The notes beneath the pieces were generated by a model, which did not search any database, was not told the DNA's origin, and saw only the letters and a list, made by a program, of their open reading frames with translations. Source: Klebsormidium nitens (lineage: Eukaryota > Plantae > Klebsormidiophyceae). From it: a stretch of DNA of 64,000 bases. The stretch is from NCBI GenBank assembly GCA_000708835.1, contig DF237144.1, positions 85,669 to 149,668 of the forward strand, in the 5' to 3' direction. Each line of letters begins with the position of its first letter. Position 1 is the stretch's first letter. The position numbers were made by a program, and so were the translations under genes. Of the stretch, positions 11,071-24,043 are shown in pieces.

Positions 11071-12521
11071 CGTAGAGTCGAGACGCCGGATGTGAGGATT
11101 AAAGGACGATTTTGGGCTCTGCATACTTACAGAATAAAGGTGCGTCTCCGCGGCGCATGTAGCAACCATGTAGCAACAATAAAGTGGAAAAGTGAGTTGT
11201 CACTTGTAATTAAGGTAGGATCGATCAGGACTTCCAGTGTCGTGTGCAAGTACGTGCTTGCCTGGCAGCGTTTCTTGCAAGATGATCTGAAATGCTTTTG
11301 CCATCTCACTGAGTCTGCAAAAGCGGAAATAGGCCCTCGATCGGACTCCCGTTGAAAACAATAAGCAAGCCGGCCTCGCGCTTATGGTTCAGCGCGCTGC
11401 CCGGATCCCATGGCTATATCAAAAGCTACATTTGTAGAGCGAAGTTGCATTCGAGTGGAAAGCTACCCTTTCATAATGCCGATTGAGCCACCGTGTGGGA
11501 GCTTGGAAAAGACTGATTGCATGGTGACTCATGTGGACGGATTCAATGAGAACTCCAAGCAAGTGGTGATCGAATGCTTCCGCCTCTGCCACTCGTATTA
11601 TGCACTGCTGGCACGGCCGCATGCGACTGGACACTTCAAAGCTGAGCTACCTGCATCACGATCAGCAATATTCATGCATGCGCCGCTCAGTGTCCGACCG
11701 CGTATAATCGAATAATGATCCAATACAGTACGTCGTGATATAGGATTCAATGTTCCGCTTCGACCGACTGTAAGTCTTCTCTCGATCTGGCGCTAGCGAG
11801 CACTCGCGAGCTCGCGAGCGAGCCTGCATGTGACGGACACTATATGGCGCGGCAAGGCCATGCCCGCCAGTACATCGCATATGACATGCAGCAGATCATG
11901 CACTAATCATTGGATGCCCGGCCCAGCGGCAGCTCGTCAAACCGGCAGCTAGCCGTCATTTCAATTCCAATTGATCCGAGATGCGACGACCAGCATTCGC
12001 AAAACACCAGAGCGAAGCGACGCAGAACTGATTAGTTGCGGACCCGATATAATCGAATTCAAGGCATGCAAGCCATACGTCATTGCTAATCGGTTCGTCA
12101 TGATTCGCTTCCATCGAGTAAACATCAATCTGCATGCCGTCATGCTCTAGGACGACTTGGTTAACGAAACCTGAGAATCAGTGTGGAAGCTAGGGAAAGC
12201 CTGCCAGCCGGAACGCAGCGCCATATATGCAAGCTGATTAACCTCTTGACTTGCAGTAAGTCACTTCTTTGCATGGTACAAATCACACGTACAGCGCTTA
12301 CAGTTTCTTTTAGGGAACGTGGCTAGGGCTACTTGGCTAGTCTCGCTCCCGGGTCCGTATCCAGATTTGCAAAACAAGCGAAACGAGCAGTAACGAGCGG
12401 TCTGTAAGTTGGATTCTTCAGTGGCCCGTCGACTGGGCCGAAATACCTTATGAAATGGAAACGCCCTAGCGCGAACTATGCGAAAATTAGTGCGAGATGC
12501 TCCTAATTGTCTAGAGAATAA

Positions 12522-15500
12522 TCAACTGACAAGGGCGGCTTGCCCCGCGACCGTATACTTTGACAGAGTGCTCTCCAGCTCGGTGTAAACGGGCTCCCAC
12601 GTGAGTTCCGCCGCGCGACGCCGCGCCGCTTCACCCATCCGCCGGAGCACCGGAATGGGCGCCCGGTAGGCGTTCCGGAACGCGGCGCTGAGGCTTCCCA
12701 AACTCGGCTCAAACCTGCGATTTAGAAAGAAGGATTTAGAAACTGACAGAGCTTGTCGGACTCAGTGATAAGAAGGAAAACACCGATATTTCAAAGACGG
12801 GTTGAGAGACTGGAAAAGTGAGATCGACGCAGAAGAAGAAAAGACTGGAAAAAGCTTCAGACGTGTCAAGTTCTCGTGTAGCAGAAAATCTGGGCGGGGC
12901 GGTACCGATTCAAAGAAAGGGGTCGGAAGTCACGTAAGAACGGCAAGCGACCTGAAACCAGAATATACTTTCCGACAGTCCGTTGCGAGCCGCCGCCACG
13001 AAAGGAGGGGCCCCTCGCTTAAGTCGAAAGTAAATGGACTGAAATTCGCCATCTCACTTGATGGCGACTTCCGAAGAGGACGACTTCAAAGCAGCCAAAC
13101 GAACCGTGACCCTAGCCTGGTCGAAGTAACCAACAAAGGTCGAGGCCTAACCATCCAGAACCTTTGACAGTGCTGCCTGAAATCTGAACCGCTTGCACCT
13201 CTCCCTTGCAGATCCTGCCACTCTAATTAGATGGTCAAAGGCGAGGTTAAGAGCTGACCCAAAACTAGCTGAGACACTCACTGAACCCCTTACGCCAAAC
13301 AGCCACACGCGCTGAAATAGGAATGACAGGATGACTTTGGAAACAGGTCAAGAAGAAAGGGTTGAAGCACTAACCAAGACGCCGGCACTGCCAACTCCTG
13401 TCCGAAGATCATGGTCCCGTTCGCCTCGCACGGCTTCACGTCGCGACACGTGGTCCACTCCGCCTCCACCCAGAACGTGTGGTCATCCTCGCAGATCTCC
13501 AATGCGGGGCCGCCACGTGTAATGATAATAGGCAGGGAGTTGGCCATCGCCTCTACGATCGTCAGCCCAAAGCCCTCGTTTCTATACGGGCAGACGTACA
13601 CGTCCACGGAGCGGTACAATAAGACCATATCCACCCACGTCAGCTCCTGTTTCAGGAACACGATCTCCGGGTATTTGTCGTACTGCGTCTCGAGCGCTTC
13701 CATCACGTGGGTCTTGAACTCGTCCCCGTATATGGAGTGCACGATAAGCGATACGTCGTCGTGCGTGGAAAACGTCTCGGCGAATGCGCGGAGAAGGAGG
13801 TCAATCCCTTTGCGCGGGAGTGCGCCGCCAATGAACAGGAACTTGAACGACTTGGACTGAAGGGCCTTCGCCATTTCGGGGAGAGCCAAAGCGCCGCCGG
13901 AAGCCATTCCGGGGTTGACAGTCTGCAAAATGGATAGAAAACGAGTCAAAATCCATTCTGGGGAGTATGAAATCTTGGACTGAAGGGCCTTTGCCGTTTC
14001 GGGTTAATGCCAAAGCGCCGCCGGAAGCCATTCCGGGGTTGACAGTCTGCAGAAACGGATGGGAACTGTCTTGAATATCTGTGTTCTGGGGGCTTTCTGA
14101 GACGCTTGGAAGATCCGAAGCGGAAGGTTAGGCTGTTTAGGCGGAGCTGCCGGAAGCCATTCCGAGGTTGACAGTCTGCAGGATAGAGCAGGCAAGGGTA
14201 ATGTGTTTGTGGATCTGAGTTTTGGACCGTTCTGAGAGGCTTGAGGAATCCGATCTGCAGAAACGTTCGCCGTTTGGCGAAAGCTAGAGCTTTGCCGGCG
14301 GCCTATCCATGCATCGTTTATTACGCACCAGCAAAATTGAAAGGGCCAATAGATTTTTGCTGTTCTCCTGCTTTGCAAAGCGTTGGAAGGAGAACCATGA
14401 TGAATTGAAGTTGAGCTTGTTGAGCCACGTCATCTTCAGCAATTAACCAGATTGCGAGCAAAAGCTGTCGAAGCAAAAAAGGTCCTCAAGATTCAAAGAA
14501 CGGAGAGCGACTCAACAAAGGACGGAGAGCGACTCAACAAAGGATTGTTAAGGTTACCAGAAAGCTACTAACCTGGATCTTTTGGAAGGAAACGCCGTGC
14601 CGCACGACGTTGATCTTGTGCGCCGGAATGCTGTTGGCCCGGTAGCCGACTTCGCAATGCCGGCTAGGAACCCAGAGCGCGTCGACCGAGTTTGCGAACC
14701 AGTTGACCCAAGCTTTGGGAATGCCGTAAAATTCCCACGGTTGCTGGTGGATCCAAACAATCTGCGGAAAAGTCAAAGGGAGGTTAACAGTTGGTCACAG
14801 GTCCGTTCAAGGTTGGTTACAGAAACCGCACAGTGAGTCTTGGGGGACCCCTTGCTTGCTTTTCAGAATATGAGCAGAGTTGGAACGGAAATGGGAGAAA
14901 CAAGAGGAATTGGGCGTATTCACACCCTGTTTCTGGCCGCCACCTCAACTAGAAGCGACTCGTTGAGAAAGCAAATATCGGGCGACCCTAAGCTTTGAAT
15001 TTACCTTGAAGAATTGAAGTGGCTAAGAATTAGGGCGCAATCACACCTTGTCTCCGGCCGCCACTTCGGCTGGAAGCGACATTTTGGAAAACTGAACTTG
15101 GGCGACTCATTGCTTTTCACTTGATCTTGTAGAGGTAGGAAATTTTACGATTCAAGCGACCGAAAAATTGGTTAAAGTATTGGCGAGGTAAGAACTAGAG
15201 GCGAGATATTGGGGCGTATTCTCACCTTGTTTCCGGCCGCGACCTCAGGTGGAAGCGACTCGTTGAGAAACTCGAACTTGGGCGGCCAATGGTTCCTTTC
15301 GCTATGCAAAATAACGGAACCCAAACCAAAAGGAAACGGAAGTAAACGAATGGGGCGTATTCACACCTTGTTTCCGGCCGCCACTGCGGGTAACGACTCG
15401 TTGAGAAATTGACACTCTGGCGGCCAGTGGTTCCTTTCGATATGCCTTGAAATGGTATTGAGCTTCAAGTGGAAAATCAGAAGGAAAAGAGGAGCGTATT

Positions 15501-18500
15501 CTCACCTTGTTTCCGGCCGCCACTTCGGCAGGCAACGACTCGTTGGGGAACTGGAACTTGGGCGGCCAGTGGTTCCGGAATACCGACACAACCGGCGAGT
15601 TGGTCTGTTCGGGTTGTTGGATCTGCTTCTTATACGCGGTGTAGATAAGCATGTGGAGAACGCTCCCTGGAGAAGCCGCCTTCTCGTACTGTTCGACTGA
15701 CACCGTGTCTTCCGAGGGGATGACCTGAAGGGCAGAAATTCAAAATGGTGTCAATTTTGGTGTGTTCGGGTTGTTGGGTCTGCTTTTTATACGCGGTGTA
15801 GATAAGCATGTGGAGAACGCTCCCTGGTGAAGCGGCCTTCCTGAAGGGTAAAAGAGGGAAATGGTGTCAATCGAAGTCTGCTCGGCGCCACTGGGTTTGC
15901 TTTTCTAGGCGATGTGATTAGACATGTGAACAAACGCTCACGGAAAGTCTATAAATCAGGATTAAAAGGTGCCGGTTTTTAACCAGATGATTTTGGTGAC
16001 GACAGGTGTGAACTAGCGTCAAGCCGCCGGCAGAGTTTGACTTTGAGCTTCCTTTGCCTTTCTCTCTGGCTTGAAGACCAATCGACGGCGAAGGGGAGTA
16101 GAACTAAAGCTTGTGAAAGAGAACCAGAGTCGCGTTCTAAGCTGTCCTACCTCCATCCAAGCCCTTCGTGCTTGCAGAGCGTTGATCGCTCATCAATGCA
16201 ACCGCAAGTCCATATTCTTCTGTCTACACCCACTGTTGAAAGCTCCTTGTCGCACTTCGCTTCCGAATGACTCTCAAATCGCAACGTTCTCACGTGACGT
16301 CATACTTCCCAGTCATTAGTTAAAGGTTCGGCTGTCACTCATCGGTACAAGTTAAGTTCAAACGATCCGATGTCGAACAGAAACCACGCTTCGCCAACTC
16401 ACCTCCACTTCGATTTCGAAGTCTCCGTTGTACGGGTTCGGCAGCGTCGACCGCCAGTTGTGCCGCAGCTGCTGGCGGATGCTTAACCCGAACCATAACT
16501 GGCGGTTAACCATCGCAAACCCGCAATTGTCCAGGATGGGGCCCTCCAAGCGGAATTTCAGGACGGTGTCGGTGTCGCTAGTGTCGTAGTAATCGAACAG
16601 AGTTCCCGTCATCATCTCCTCGTCCAACTCAAATGCGTTCAGCCTGAAAGGAGATTTGCCCACGGTCAGGTTAGATGGCTAGGAATGAAACATACTAGAA
16701 TACGAGTGGAATTGATCGGGGTTCTGATACGCGGTAACGCGAGTGAGGGGCTTCCGTCGCCTTTTGCTGATCCAAGAAGCTGCACTTGTTGCACGTTCGC
16801 GTTCCTAAAAACGCTCTGGTCGAACCTCAAGTCACGCTTCTGAACATCGATGAGAAGCAATAACTGCAACGGTAAGCCTCACTAACCAGTCACCTGTACC
16901 CAAAAAGTTTTTACTTTTGATACCAAAAGGGTATCCGAAATCAGAGTCCTGAGGAAGTCAAGCGCGTAACATCGCGGCCAACCCCGTTGCGAAACCATAA
17001 GGCCGAGCTTTCCCTTCTAGGTCAGCACAAGAAGGATTCTAAAAGCCCATTCACCTGATTCCGAACAACTGCCACGTCTGGCCCTTGACATTCGTGCTGA
17101 CGGTGTTGTTCCCATCGAGAAGAAGTCTCCTTTTTGCCCAATCCAGCCGATCACAAATAAAATCAGCTACAGACTGCCAATACTCGTTTCTGTAAAGTAC
17201 GCGGCAAAAACTTACCTGATTCCAAATAGCTGCCACATCTGCCCATTCACATTCGAGCTGAAGGTGTTGTTCCCGTCGAAAAACTACCTCTTTTTCTGCC
17301 CAATCCAGCTGACCCACAAACGAAATCTAAATCAGATTGCCGTATATAAGACACTTCAAGGATGTATGTGGAAAAACTTACCTAATTCCAAAGAGCTGCC
17401 ACGTCTGGCCCTTGACATTCGTGCTGAAAATGTTGTTTCCGTCAAGGAGGCTCATCCGCCATTGGTCTGGGACCAGACTCTTGATATCGTCGTGGAAAAG
17501 CTTCTTGCATTCGGTGTCGATGCTAAACCGGTCCCATTGGCACCTGTTGAGCAAGGGTTAGCACTGGGGTTAGTGATCCTTGTTAGAAGAAACCAAAAGA
17601 AAACTGGTTCTCGGAGCTCTCGACATTGTTGTGGAAGAGCATCTTGCACCCGGTGTCGGTGCTAAACCGGTCCCACTGGCACCGGTGAACCGAGGGTTAT
17701 CCACATGGTTACATATGCGGGTTAGGGGGAGCCAAGGGGAGAACATCTTGCTCTCGGTGTCGATGCTAAATGGGACGCATGGTAACTGTTAACCAAGGGT
17801 TAGCAACCGGGTAAAGAAAAAGAGGGGCGAACAAAACCCAATTCTTGGTAGGCTCTTGATGTAGACCCCTTACCTGACTGTCTGGCCCAGCAGCCCCAGG
17901 GGATGGCTGAACCGGTCGGGTTGGGACAGGGTTACGGTAACCTCCTTGTTCATGTGAACGACCACGGTAACCCACACCTGCAGAAACAGAGTTATGAACC
18001 ACGTTAGGAACACTCTAAAGCGCTCATGTCTTTCTTTCCTAGCTTCACAGGTGAAAGAACTAAGTCGCCGCTCCTCGCTTTCCTGAAGTTCCCTAAGCCA
18101 GATTCGAGTCCACGTTCAGATTCACGTTCAGAAGGAAAGACGTTTGTCGACTGCCTATCAAACAGGGCTAGATAAACCAAATCGCGGTCCTTCGTGGTTT
18201 GCAGCCCGGAAAATGTTGCAGAGCGCCGTTAACCGAGCCTTCCCGCGACGTATGTATGACAACCACCGTACTTCAACGCAGGCGAGAAGATTTCTCGTCC
18301 GATAACCGAGCAGCAAAAGAGGTTCCCGCCAACCTGCCCCCTCTTCCCGGGCTCTTTCTACTGTGGTGATTCCAACAGTGATGATCTTCACACCAAAAAA
18401 TACACAACTCAATCACTGGAGAAAGCTTGAGCAAAACCCTCATCGAGATATCTTGTGAAACGGATCTATCACCTGACGTGCGCGCAGCACAAGGCGCTCT

Positions 18501-21500
18501 CGCCAGCCCGCCCCCTCTTTCCCGGGCTCAGGTTCGATCCGATCGATCTGTACAAATTCGGACAGATCGACGCGGTGGTCCGGATCTGGATCGAACGTCT
18601 CTAGGTCCAGACCCATGGTGATGTCAGCAAGGATCCACGTGTAGTGCCAGCGGATGCCGACGCGGGAGAGGAGGTAGCCCGTCTCGGAGCGGGCGGCGAT
18701 CTTGCCATTAACCTGCGGGTTAAGAAGTGGGTTGATCAGAGATTGTAGATCGACTCTGTAAGCCAAACCGACAGGTGACGTCAGCAAGGATCCACGTGTA
18801 GTGCCAGCGGATGCCGACGCGGGAGAGAAGGCAGCCGGTTTCGGAGCGGGCGGCGATCTTGGCGTTAACCTGCGGGGTTAACAAGTGGGTTCGGTCTGAA
18901 TTGGTGATTTATTTAGCGAAAAGGCATGTTCTGGTGAGCAAGAAACCGTGTGCAATGCCAGCGGCTGTCGACATAGGCTTCGGCAATTTGAGGACTGATG
19001 AACGATACCCTTGGATTCTGTACAATAAGTAACACTCGAGAAATCCAGCCAAACTCCACGTGCAGCAAACTCTTGGGAACGAGCTTCGCCCCTGTGGTAA
19101 CCACTTTTTTGGGAGCCGAAGAGACTACAAAACTCTCAAGAGACACCAAATGCTAAGAATCCTGAAAAGCACAACCCGCAAACGTCTGCGCCTGCAAACC
19201 TTTGTCCGAGAACAGGACATAGAGCCCCTGCGCCATGCGCAGGTCTTTCGGAAGAACACCCCCCTCGTAATACTAAGTTCCTTTCGCTAAGAATTCATGC
19301 GCTGAAAGAGTTTTCAAGCTCCGTAAGGGGACTAAAGCAACAGAAACATTTCTCAGACCAGATATTCGATAGCCATGAATTTACCTGCAGATCCTTGTCC
19401 GAGAACAGGACGTAGACCCCCGGCGCCATGCGGAGATCCTTGGGAAGCACGCCCCCCTCGTATTCCGCCAACTTCTTCTCGCTGAAGAGCGTAAGCCCGT
19501 TGAACGTCGTCACCAGATTCTCGGACCAGTGGGCGGAAGACGGGCGGAAACTGTTGACCACGTTGTTCTCGGGGGTGATCGTCGCCAGCTCGGAATCGTC
19601 CCTGGAGAGGAGCGGAAGAAGCGGAATGAGCGGAATCGAAGAAGTCTTAGCGTCCAAAGTTAGTCTAAACTTCTCGGACCAGTGGGCGGAAGGGGGGCGG
19701 AAACTGTTGACCACGTTGTTCTCGGGGGTGATTGTCGCCAGCTGGGAATCGATCCTCGAAGAAGAGGCAAAGTGCGAAACAAAGCACGGATGTCTCAACT
19801 GCATCCAGGATACGAAACACAAACCAGCGCCAGCAGACTAGCTCTTTCAGCGGAGCAGATGAAGCGAGAAACGCACCTGTCGCGGGGGGGGTAAAGGTGC
19901 GAGTCGAACGCCGGATCCAGGTAAAAGGGATCGGGCGCCACCGGTAGAAGCAATTCTTCCACATACGCCGCCCCAGGTGTTTGCAACTGCAGTCCCTTTC
20001 CCCAAATTTCCGCCGCGTCGATCTCTAACTTCGCCAGCAACGCGTGATACTGTAACGCAACCCGTTCCCAGGTCCAGTTCTTGACGAAGGACTTTGCACG
20101 GTTACCGTAACCCTCCCTAACCTCGCGCGACTTGAGCAGTTTCACAAACCCGGCAGCTATTGCGTCGTCGTCCTCGAACGGAACCAAAACGCCGCGGTCG
20201 GACGATAAGACCTCAGTCGCGTGGCGATAAGCGGTCGACAAGATCGCGCACCCGTGCGCCATCGCCTCGAGGAGCGCGCCGGATGTGGGAGTGATTTCGT
20301 CATACGGCGTCATGTATACGTCACTGCCGTATAAGCGCCGGTCGACCTCCTCGGATTCGACGTACTCGTCCTGCCAGATGATGTGCTGGGCCACCCCGAG
20401 CTCCGCCGCATACTGCATAAGGATACGGTTGGGAAGATAAGCTATCAGCAAAAAGAAATGAGCTATAAAGGTTGAAAGCAATAGTGAATCCAAACTCTTC
20501 TTCCTGCCAGATAATGTTCTAAGCAACGCCGGACTCCACCGCATACTGCACATAAGAGGACGGACGAGACAATAAGCTATGGCGGAACAATTCCTATGAT
20601 GTGTCCAGAACCCGAAGATATGCTGAACGCTCCTGCCAGGCAACACGAGGCCGAGCCTTAAACTCAAACGTTCGATCAAGGGAATGAACCAGCTTTCTGA
20701 TGCTTCCTCGACACTCTTGCTTCTTTGAAAGACTGCCTTCATAACTTTGTGACAACCCATCTCAACCCACGACCAGACACGCCGTGACTGAGATCCCGAC
20801 CTAACAACCTTCGCGTAACCCGTCGACTGACCCACCTGCACACGCTTTCTCAAACAAGTCTTAACAGCTGTCTTAACCCGTTAACTAACCCACCTGCAGA
20901 TGCTTCTTCATGATATCCTTTTCCTCGTTCGTCCGCGCCTCCCTCCCCTGGATCAGCACAACAATCGGTCGTTCCGGAACCTGCTCGATAATCGCCTTCA
21001 GGTTACGGATAACCCGGTCGTAACCCTTGTGGATGTGAATAAGCCCGTTGTTGAAGATGAGCAGGGGGCGGCGGGGGTCATCTTGGGGGAGCGCCAATAA
21101 GTTATCGAGCTGTTCCAGCGAGAGCCCCCCCTGACGAGCGTCGGGAAGGGAAACCCCCTCGATGTTGCGGGGAATCTCTGCGAGCTCCCTGAAAGGCATC
21201 GGTGGGGAGCAATTCAATCAAAAGCACTGTGAGGAAAATTCGAGGCTTACATTTTAGGCTTAATATCTGTAGTGAGACACAAGGATAGTTGTGAAGAAGC
21301 TGACCACAAAAGAGAGCCCCCTGAGGACATCTCTATCAGATGCTTGAAGGGGCCACACTCCTTGGATTTCAAGACACGCACAGAGCACAGATCACCAGCC
21401 GTCTTTTGTTTTGACGACAAATGCGTCAAAACCTCCGAGCATGACAAACCCAGAACGCTAGGACGCCTCTAAACGCGAACGTTTCGTAAAACCACCTGGG

Positions 21501-24043
21501 TTTGCGAACAGCATGCGGACCGATGAACACCTTGGAGTTGTCCAGAGCCGGGGCTATCGAACGGTCTATTTGCCAACTCAACCGAATAAGTGCGTCAACA
21601 ACTCCGCGACTTCGCAATGTATAGAGTTCGTGAACCCACCTGGGTTTGCGCACGGCGTGAGGGATGAAAAACACCTTGGACTTGTCGACGCCGTACGCCG
21701 AGACCATCGAGTGGTACGCGTGCCAGCTCATCACGATAAACGCGTCAGAGAAGTAACTCAAGTGGCGCACGAAACCCTTCTCCTCCAGGCAGGGGTAAGC
21801 GTAGGGGGAGTGCACGACGATCGACGTGTGCAGATGGGGCATGCCTTCGATGGCGTCGAGAGTGCCGGTCATCCACCTGGGTTAAGAAGTGGGTTTAGGT
21901 TAGTCAGGCCTTTGAAAGAGGTCAAGTCCGTGGTTGAATGAAGTGGTTAAGCTAAGCGTAAGGAGAGTGCACGACAATCAACATAGGCAGATGCGGCATG
22001 CCTTCGATGGCGTCGAGAGTGCCGGTCATCCACCTGGGTTAAGAGAGGTTATGATAAGTCAATGGACCGGCATGCTTTAGGCATGCCTTGAGAGACATTC
22101 AGAGTGCCGGTTGAAAAAAACGGTGGAAACAAACGAATCGAGACCGGGCAAACATGGGCGAAATTAGCAAGGATTAGAAGAGTCTTCAGATCCATTGTAA
22201 GTTGCATATTCGAAGATGTTGAGCATATCAGATTTGAGGAGATTCTTGTATGTGCACCAGACCCTTCAAAGCTAAAAATCCAGGCAATGTTGAAAAGGCA
22301 CACCTCTGTTGGATTTGGGCCGGTCGCAACCCAAAAGCATGACACGCGCTTACAGGAGCCTGATATCGGCATCGCTTCCAACTTCTTAAAACGTCTTTTT
22401 TTGCCGACAGACTACCAAGGCCAGAAAAGCGACGAATTGGAGAAGCCCACACATTACATGCTCAGCTGTGGACGTGACACCCTGTCAATATCTTAAAACT
22501 GCTAAGTAATCTTGAATGTAAAATCAGTCGAATTCAGCTGAAACCGTCAGGAGCCACAAAATCAAGGAGCTAAAACGGCTGAGATTACACTCAGCCAACC
22601 AGGTCTATGCACATCTTTGAACCCCAAAAGGGTCAAACTGACCCTCCTTTAACCACTTTCCCGCAGATCCGACCAAAACCTTGAAAATAAGTTACAATCT
22701 GTGGACCCCAAAGGGTTCCATTAGCCCTCACCTGACCAAGTCCAGCGCCTGCCACTTGATCTTGATCAGCCCAAACTCGAGCTGCATCACCATGTGCGTG
22801 AACGGGAGATCCTTCTTCGGGATGCTCAGCACGTCGGGGCTCTTGAGATTCTTCACCGTCCGCTTCTGGTGCTCGATCACGTACTGCGAGGCGTTCCAAA
22901 ACGCGCGGGACGGGACGTCGGCGTCGAGGTTTATGATCCCAAGAACGGTGGACGCATTGTAAGCGGCCGTGGAGTCGGGATCGTCAAAAGCAATGACGGA
23001 GTATTCGCAGCGGCGGTCGGCGCCCGTGCGGCGCGAGAACTCGGGACCCATGGAGCGCATCGCATTGATGAAGTTCTCGGCAAACACGCCGATGCCGCAC
23101 CTGGAGGGGGGAGAAAACCGGTGCAATTTTAGGGGGGGCGAAATGAGTAAAGTTCTGGGGGGGGCGACAAGTGCGGCGCGAGAATTCGGGCCCCATGGAG
23201 CGCATCGCGTTGATGAAGTTCTCAACAAACACGCCAATGCCGCACCTGAGGGGGGAAAGAAAACAGCTATAAATTGGAGGGGGGGGGCAAAAAAGTGATG
23301 TTTGACGAGGGGAGGAAGGGGAGAATCGTGTTTTCAGGGGGCCGGAGGCATAACTCTCAGGTTCCCATCTCATCCTGACTCAACACTCAGCAGTAAACAG
23401 GGGCAGGGACACGCGTCGGGTCGTTATTCAGACCATACAATCAGCTGGCTTTCTTGAAACGGTAGAAAGAAGGCACTTGTGCAAGGGGCATGTGTAAACT
23501 GCATATAAGGGGCATTTCTCATGTGAAACCAGTGGGTTACCATTTTAGAAGGCAGACGTAAAGCAGTGACAAGGCCCACCTCCGGGGGGGGGTTGTGTAG
23601 TTACCAGGACTGTTATACCTGCCCCCCGCCCACACGCACAGACGCGCATACACAACAGGAACCAAGCAGGTCAAATCACAAAACCAGAGGAACAGGCACT
23701 TTGACAAACTTCACCTCCGTGGAGGGTACGTGCTGATGACCATTCCTGGTCCATCCCCCCTAAAACCGAAAATGTGCATACACAAAAAGCAACAAGCACC
23801 ATCCATGAAAACGTGAAAACGGGAATATTTACGAGCTCACCTCCGTGGGGGGTACGTGCTGATGACCAGGACGTGGCACACTTGCTCCCCCCCCTCTGCG
23901 CCGTCGGTCAGGTCCGCCTCAAACGTCCACATCGACGAGAGGATCACGCTCCAGAAGAAGAAGAGGCAGAGAACGGAGGAGATCGCCAGGAAGATTTTCA
24001 CCGGGCGGCTTGAGAAGAGGGATGGTGCTGTGGGGCCCGCCAT
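12522..24043 (-). CDS. Type II membrane protein, about 1250 aa: GT4 domain, root-cap/VWD-like domain, second GT4 domain
   Basis: Exons (5'->3') 24043-23841, 23100-22732, 21876-21640, 21188-20894, 20412-19877, 19601-19385, 18712-18473, 17977-17874, 17543-17382, 16643-16403, 15724-15506, 14761-14573, 13922-13375, 12714-12522; total 3753 nt, in frame. TM segment IFLAISSVLCLFFFWSVILSS. GT4-1 motifs STYPPRRCGIG and DVYMTPY..SGALLEAMAHG..RGVLVPFED. GT4-2 motifs RNHWPP, QPWEFYGIP, RKGIDLLLRAF, PYRNEGFGLTIVEAMA. The true 5' end may lie further upstream. Confidence 0.85.
13960..14190 (-). repeat. Acceptor echoes of GT4-fusion exon 13
   Basis: ctgcag|actgtcaaccccggaatggcttccggc copies near 14050 and 14180, upstream of the functional acceptor at 13922. 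Confidence 0.8.
14890..15490 (-). repeat. Four donor echoes of GT4-fusion exon 11
   Basis: ...gcggccggaaacaag|gt copies with GT at about 15366, 15225, 15046, 14925; functional donor at 15505. Confidence 0.9.
17050..17800 (-). repeat. Two-sided echoes around GT4-fusion exon 9 (17543-17382)
   Basis: Two acceptor/exon-start copies (about 17620-17800) and two exon-end/donor copies (about 17050-17300) flank the 162-nt exon. Confidence 0.8.
18775..18890 (-). repeat. Acceptor echo of GT4-fusion exon 7
   Basis: Near-identical copy of ccgcag|gttaa.g.caagatcgccgcccgctccga...ggatccttgctgac upstream of 18712. Confidence 0.85.
19150..19765 (-). repeat. Echoes on both sides of GT4-fusion exon 6 (19601-19385)
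   Basis: Exon-start copy at about 19650-19760 (LATITPENNVVNSFRP..AHWSE retained) and exon-end copy at about 19170-19290. Confidence 0.8.
21485..22050 (-). repeat. Echoes on both sides of GT4-fusion exon 3 (21876-21640)
   Basis: Acceptor copy ttaacccag|gtggatgaccggcactc at about 21960-22045; donor copy gcaaacccag|gtggt at about 21490-21560. Confidence 0.8.
23165..23260 (-). repeat. Acceptor echo of GT4-fusion exon 2
   Basis: ctcag|gtgcggcattggcgtgtttgttgagaacttcatcaacgcgatgcgctccatggg duplicates the exon start at 23100. Confidence 0.85.

Noticed and set aside
10645-11880. ORFs of 100-174 aa between genes 1 and 2
   Set aside because: No recognisable homology, codon pattern or splice structure. 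The region is 3' flank and repeat-like DNA.
19795-20853. 352-aa ORF as a single coding exon
   Set aside because: Only 20412-19877 is GT4-like and bounded by AG/GT. The rest is intron read-through containing an echo.
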